DNA of 64,000 bases, from contig JBIOIY010000001.1 in the NCBI GenBank assembly GCA_044450345.1, forward strand, positions 64,001 through 128,000, written 5' to 3'. Origin of the DNA: Thermodesulfovibrionales bacterium (GTDB lineage Bacteria > Nitrospirota > Thermodesulfovibrionia > Thermodesulfovibrionales > UBA6898). Shown piece by piece: positions 58,933-64,000 of this stretch. How positions within the stretch are numbered: position 1 is the stretch's first letter; each line of letters opens with the position of its first letter. The notes below the pieces were generated by a model, which saw nothing but the letters and a program-made list of their open reading frames with translations, was not told the origin of the DNA and ran no database searches. The position numbers and the translations under genes are program-made.

Positions 58933-59892
58933 ATGGAAACGAATGCCCATACCGTCGGCGAATTCAGAATCAATGACGAAAATGCGGGTAAAAGGATCGA
59001 CATACTTTCGTCTGAATTGTCGGGATTGTCGCGTTCCAGGATACACCATCTCATAGAGAAAGGTCTCCTCACCGTCAATACGCAAAGAACAAAGCCGAAT
59101 TACAAGGCCAAACCTGGTGATATGATCTTACTTCACTTTCCCGTTGAGGAACAGAAACTCATAAAAGAGGACCTGCCAGTCGAAATCCTTTTTAAGGATG
59201 ATTTTCTCATAGTTGTCGAAAAGCCCGCAGGCTTGGTCGTCTATCCCGCCGCCGGCCACCCCACCGGTACGCTCATGAATGCCGTAGCATATCACAGCCC
59301 TACCCTTGCATCTGTCGGCGCACCGCTGAGGCCCGGCGTTGTTCACCGCCTCGACAAGGACACCTCCGGAGTTATGGTCGTTGCGCTCGACGACGGCGCT
59401 TACTACGGACTTGTCGAACAATTCAGGGAGCGGACGATCGACAGGAGATACAAGGCCCTTATTTACGGGAACCTACGGGAAGATCGCGGACAAATTTCCC
59501 TCCGGATAGGAAGATCGGGGTCCGACAGGAAAAAGATGTCTACGCGGGTAAAAAGAGGCAAGGAAGCGGTCACCACCTGGAATGTGGTCGAGCGGTTCGG
59601 TGTTGCCACTCTGATCGAGGCGAAATTGGGGACCGGCAGGACGCATCAGATACGGGTGCATTTCGCATCCATTGGACATCCGGTCCTCGGAGATCTGACC
59701 TACGGCAAAAAAACCCAGGTTGAGGCCTGCAGGAAGACGATAGTCTTCCCCCGGCAGATGCTTCACGCAGAATTACTCGGGTTCACTCACCCGGTGAACA
59801 GTCGATATATGAAGTTCAGAAGAGACCTGCCGGAAGATATGCGGCTAATAATCGAAGCGCTTAGAGAATTGAAGCCTGCTCAGGTCAGCTAG
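58933..59892 (+). CDS. rluD: RluA family pseudouridine synthase (RluD-like)
   Basis: S4 domain, KPAGLVV, VHRLDKDTSG and TGRTHQIRVH. Confidence 0.92.
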   Translation: METNAHTVGEFRINDENAGKRIDILSSELSGLSRSRIHHLIEKGLLTVNTQRTKPNYKAKPGDMILLHFPVEEQKLIKEDLPVEILFKDDFLIVVEKPAGLVVYPAAGHPTGTLMNAVAYHSPTLASVGAPLRPGVVHRLDKDTSGVMVVALDDGAYYGLVEQFRERTIDRRYKALIYGNLREDRGQISLRIGRSGSDRKKMSTRVKRGKEAVTTWNVVERFGVATLIEAKLGTGRTHQIRVHFASIGHPVLGDLTYGKKTQVEACRKTIVFPRQMLHAELLGFTHPVNSRYMKFRRDLPEDMRLIIEALRELKPAQVS

Positions 59893-59972
59893 TTCACGCA
59901 TGGACAGAGACCCTTTGGAAGATGTCCCTGCAATATTCTATTTTGAAGCATTTTCCCGGTCATTATTTTTTT

Positions 59973-60587
59973 TTAGAGAACCCGAAAAAGATTATCGTGC
60001 CTTATAATGTCGTCGATTCTGTCCACATCCGACAATGTCTTTACAGTCGAATAACTCAGCCCCATCCTTTCGATTATACGGACGGTTTCGTCAAAGACCT
60101 TCCCTGTCGACCATGAAATACCCTGAAAAATTTCCGGATATTCGGTCTTCATCCCGATAAGATAGTATCCTCCGTCCTCTGCAGGCCCTATCACCACATC
60201 GGCATTCTCCAACTTAAGAAAAGCGTCGCTGATAATAGTTCTGTTCAGGTCCGGGATGTCCACGCCGGTAATGACCGCTTTTGACGCTCCCCGATCAAGC
60301 AGGTCTTGCAACGCATTTCCCATAATTTCCCCGATGTCTCTTCCCCTTTGAGGAAGCAATCCCTCGCCGGGTATCCAGGATTCAAAAAGGCCCTCGTCTC
60401 CTGGAGGGGAATAGAAAATCATCCTCCCGAAACCCGCATCTCTATCCGGAGAGGTATCCCGGAAGACGCGCTCTGCAATGATTTTGTAAACTCTTGCCGC
60501 GCCCTCACCGCCAATGTGCCGTGCAAGGCGCGTCTTTACCTTTCCCGCTTCGGGGTACTTGGCTAGGAGGCCGAAGAGATTCTTCAT
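59973..60587 (-). CDS. TIGR04282/DUF2064-like glycosyltransferase
   Basis: AKYPEAGKVKTRL, Q.G.DIG, GPAEDGGYYLIG and DVD; start at 60587 or 60590. Confidence 0.88.
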   Translation of the reverse strand: MKNLFGLLAKYPEAGKVKTRLARHIGGEGAARVYKIIAERVFRDTSPDRDAGFGRMIFYSPPGDEGLFESWIPGEGLLPQRGRDIGEIMGNALQDLLDRGASKAVITGVDIPDLNRTIISDAFLKLENADVVIGPAEDGGYYLIGMKTEYPEIFQGISWSTGKVFDETVRIIERMGLSYSTVKTLSDVDRIDDIIRHDNLFRVL

Positions 60588-61261
60588 CACCGGTAATAGA
60601 GCCTCGCCAGTGTATGCGGGTCTATCCCCATTTTGTACATAAGCATCACCAGCTGGTTCAAAACAGACGCCCGCATCCAGCCCTTCCTGACCCATCTGCG
60701 GTCGTGGGTAACGGCACACTTCTTCAGGAGTCCCAGCCTCCCCTCCTTTTTCAGCCCGCCGATGATCTCCACATCTTCCATCAGCGGAATGTCCCGGTAT
60801 CCGCCTATCTTTTCGAAAATGCCCCTGCGGACATATATACCCTGGTCGCCATAAGGGAGACTGAAGAGGGTGCACCTGAGTTTCACCCACAACTCAATAA
60901 GCCTGTATCGCATGGCAGGGTTGTCTATCTTAAAAGTAAATGCGCCGCCGACAATTGATTCATCGGCCAGCGCAGAGAGCAGCTCTCGTGACCACCCTCT
61001 CTCCAGCTTTGTATCTGCGTGGAGGAATAGAAGTACCTCTCCCTTGGCAACTGCTGCGCCCTTGTTCATTTGAGAGCCCCTGCCCTTTCCCGTCTCCATC
61101 AAGATCACATCGTCGTATTCTCTTACAATTTGGACGGTCGCGTCCGAACTCCCCCCGTCGCAGACGATTATCTCAAGATCTCCATCACCGGCCTTGACGC
61201 ATTCGATGCACCCCTGAATATTCTCGGCCTCGTTGAGGGTCGGGATAATGACCGATATCAT
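60587..61261 (-). CDS. TIGR04283-like family 2 glycosyltransferase
   Basis: ISVIIPTLNE, DGGSSD, FLHADT, PYGDQG and PLMED. Confidence 0.9.
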   Translation of the reverse strand: MISVIIPTLNEAENIQGCIECVKAGDGDLEIIVCDGGSSDATVQIVREYDDVILMETGKGRGSQMNKGAAVAKGEVLLFLHADTKLERGWSRELLSALADESIVGGAFTFKIDNPAMRYRLIELWVKLRCTLFSLPYGDQGIYVRRGIFEKIGGYRDIPLMEDVEIIGGLKKEGRLGLLKKCAVTHDRRWVRKGWMRASVLNQLVMLMYKMGIDPHTLARLYYR

Positions 61262-62049
61262 CTGGCAGGCCGCCCAAGCGGCATTAAAAGCAAATGATTG
61301 ATAAGAAGCGCTTTAGGATCGCGATATGCACCGAGACCGATAACAATCTTCTCCTGGTCGACTTCTTTGAGAAGTGTGCCGAATATTCTGTCCCAAAGCG
61401 AAAAGATAGTCCCGTAATTCGTATTTCGCTCCCTGATAACAACCGAATGGTGGATGCGGTGCATCGCAGGGGGGACAAAGAGAAGCCAATAAATGCGCCC
61501 GAACCCTGCGGGTACCTTCACACTGCTGTGTTGAAATTGGGCCGCAAAGACCAGGAGGCACTCGAAGACGATGACCCCGAGGATTTCAGCACCAAGGAAA
61601 TAGATCAGCGCAATTTTGACCGCGGATGACATCATGATCTCACCTGTATGAAAACGCGACGCGGTAGATACATCCATATTGAGATCGCTATGGTGGACCT
61701 GGTGAAAGCGCCACAACAAGGGCATCTCATGGTTAAGCAGGTGCCAGATATAAAGGACAAAATCCATAACCACTACCGTAACAAGCAGCCTGCCCCAATA
61801 GGGGATGGCGAGCATGTTCAGCAACCCGAAACGCGCCTCGTTTACATAGAAGACGGCCTTCATCGTCAAAGCCCTGAAAAGCAGAGTCACGATGACGCCG
61901 TTCAATAACGCAATCGCCAGATTGATGGCGACACGCCTCACTTTTGAGACAGTATTAGGTCGATACGGCATCAGGAGTTCGAGTGATAAAAATAATACGA
62001 AGCCACCCCAAAAAACCGCTGTCCTGACAAAGAGTTCATCCCCAGGCAC
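61258..62049 (-). CDS. Sterol desaturase/fatty acid hydroxylase family protein
   Basis: His boxes WHLLNH, HQVHHSD and HRIHHS; NYG...WDRIFGT; probable GTG start at 62049. Confidence 0.88.
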   Translation of the reverse strand: MPGDELFVRTAVFWGGFVLFLSLELLMPYRPNTVSKVRRVAINLAIALLNGVIVTLLFRALTMKAVFYVNEARFGLLNMLAIPYWGRLLVTVVVMDFVLYIWHLLNHEMPLLWRFHQVHHSDLNMDVSTASRFHTGEIMMSSAVKIALIYFLGAEILGVIVFECLLVFAAQFQHSSVKVPAGFGRIYWLLFVPPAMHRIHHSVVIRERNTNYGTIFSLWDRIFGTLLKEVDQEKIVIGLGAYRDPKALLINHLLLMPLGRPAR

Positions 62050-62083
62050 TGCCTTCAGGGCCCCGTCGCGTGCTTCATTTTTC

Positions 62084-63604
62084 TCAGAGGGCCCTCCATA
62101 CGCGACCATCCTTCGCGATAAGCGCATCCGCCTCAGCCGGACCCGATGTGCCTGCCGCATAGTTCGGGAACTTCATAACATCCGTACCGGCGTCCAGCCA
62201 TTCGAGAAGAGGCGAAAGTATTTCCCAAGCCTGTTCCACGCCGTCCTCCCTCACAAAGAGCATCTGATCGCCCTCCATACAGTCGAGCAATATCCTCTCA
62301 TAATCGTTCAGAGAAGATATCTTGCGGTAGACAAAGTCCATAGTCGAAGTACTGAGACAGACTCTCGTGCCCTGCGTTTTTGTCTGAAAAATGAGATTGA
62401 TACCTTCGTCGGGCTGGACCCTGAGCACAATCGTATTCGGCTCTATTCTTTCTTCAAGCGTACTTTCGAACATAAGATGCGGCACTGACTTGAACTGCAC
62501 CGATATCTCGGCCTTTCTCTTCGAAAGTCTCTTCCCGGAACGGAGATAGAAGGGCACGCCGTTCCACCTCCAGTTGTCGATATGGACCTTGAGAGCAGCA
62601 TAGGTGGGTGTGACCGAATCCGCCGGTATCCCGGGCTCGCTTCTGTACCCGATGGCCTTTTTTCCCTCAATCTCACCCTCTCCGTATTGGCCGACTACCA
62701 GAAAATCTTCCACCCCTTTCAGGGGAAAAGGCCTGATAGAGCTGAACACCTTCATCCTTTCGTCCCTCACACGCTCGGCCTCGAAGGCCGCCGGAGGTTC
62801 CATCGCTGTCAGGGCCAGGAGCTGAAACAGATGGTTCTGGAACATGTCCCTTATCACTCCCGCCCTGTCGTAGTAACCCGCCCTGTGTTCCACTCCAAGC
62901 GTCTCGGCAACGGTTATTTGTATGTGGTCTATGTACCTCCTGTCCCACAGGGGCTCGAAAACCGCGTTCGCGAACCTGAACATAAGGATATTCTGCACGG
63001 TCTCTTTTGCAAGGTAGTGGTCCATCCGGTAAACCTGCTTTTCCGAGAAGGAGCTTCTCAAAAACGTATTCAGTCTTCTCGCAGAGGGGAGATCATGACC
63101 GAACGGCTTCTCAACAATTATTCGCGTATGTCCCCCTTCTTCGATGGAAAGTCCGGCTTCACCAAGGTTGACTATCACAGGCTCGTATGCTTCGGGGGGG
63201 ATAGCAAGATAGAAGATGCGGTTGCCCAAAGTCTCACATTCTTTCTCGATTTTTGCGATCGACTCCTTCATTGCCCTGTACATATCGACCCGATCGTATT
63301 CCACTCTCACAAAATACAGTTTACTTTCAAATGCGGTCCAGGCACCGGCGTCGAAATCCTCCGGAAATGCCGCTTGCACCGCATCCCGCATCATCGTACG
63401 AAAGGTCGAGTGGTCCAGCTCAGTCCTCGCAGCACCCAATATAAAAAACCTTTTGGGAAGCAACTCGTCTTTGCTGAGACGGTAAAGAGACGGGATGATC
63501 TTCCTTTTCGAAAGGTCTCCGGACGCGCCGAAAAGGATAAGACAGAATGGCTCCGGAATATGCAATTCGCAATCGTTTACGATTTTAATGCGGCCGGGAT
63601 CCAT
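62084..63604 (-). CDS. zwf: Glucose-6-phosphate 1-dehydrogenase
   Basis: FGASGDL, VEKPFG, RMDHYLAKE and WNGVPFYLRSGK. Confidence 0.96.
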   Translation of the reverse strand: MDPGRIKIVNDCELHIPEPFCLILFGASGDLSKRKIIPSLYRLSKDELLPKRFFILGAARTELDHSTFRTMMRDAVQAAFPEDFDAGAWTAFESKLYFVRVEYDRVDMYRAMKESIAKIEKECETLGNRIFYLAIPPEAYEPVIVNLGEAGLSIEEGGHTRIIVEKPFGHDLPSARRLNTFLRSSFSEKQVYRMDHYLAKETVQNILMFRFANAVFEPLWDRRYIDHIQITVAETLGVEHRAGYYDRAGVIRDMFQNHLFQLLALTAMEPPAAFEAERVRDERMKVFSSIRPFPLKGVEDFLVVGQYGEGEIEGKKAIGYRSEPGIPADSVTPTYAALKVHIDNWRWNGVPFYLRSGKRLSKRKAEISVQFKSVPHLMFESTLEERIEPNTIVLRVQPDEGINLIFQTKTQGTRVCLSTSTMDFVYRKISSLNDYERILLDCMEGDQMLFVREDGVEQAWEILSPLLEWLDAGTDVMKFPNYAAGTSGPAEADALIAKDGRVWRAL

Positions 63605-63710
63605 AAGGCAATTGTATCAGAATTCAAAGACATCTTGAAGCTTCCCCGTAAGATATTGAGAAAGTGCGGTACGGGACTTTATTTGAGCGGTTAGGTGACG
63701 GCAGCTAACG

Positions 63711-64000
<290 letters not shown>

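Overview
A gene-dense chromosomal window of mostly core genes from an anaerobic or microaerophilic bacterium, most likely Nitrospirota (Thermodesulfovibrionia-like; inferred from gene content and the tmRNA tag ANNELALAA). It encodes bcd-etfBA-fabD, an LsrF-like thiolase with a Zn-dehydrogenase, nrfHA, xerD, rimP-nusA-recG, ahbD-like/hemE, hflX, glyQS, rplM-rpsI, argCJ, mgtA, hisS, the yggS-proC-yggT-divIVA cluster, smpB-ssrA, rluD, TIGR04282/04283-like glycosyltransferases, zwf and the end of aspS. I saw no CRISPR array, transposase, prophage or rRNA/tRNA gene. The most unusual signals lie outside the ORF track. (1) Two tail-to-tail ~200-nt elements between argJ and cooC share a multi-helix architecture and loop motifs while their stem sequences differ almost completely. 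(2) A 20-bp palindrome sits nested inside three different host hairpin repeats. (3) hflX has a 60-codon N-terminal extension that can only start at a non-canonical codon, best an ATA behind a perfect SD. (4) A start-less PAS-like frame runs in frame after the hisS UGA and is coupled to a REC/HD-GYP module. All calls come from reading the sequence; no database search was run.
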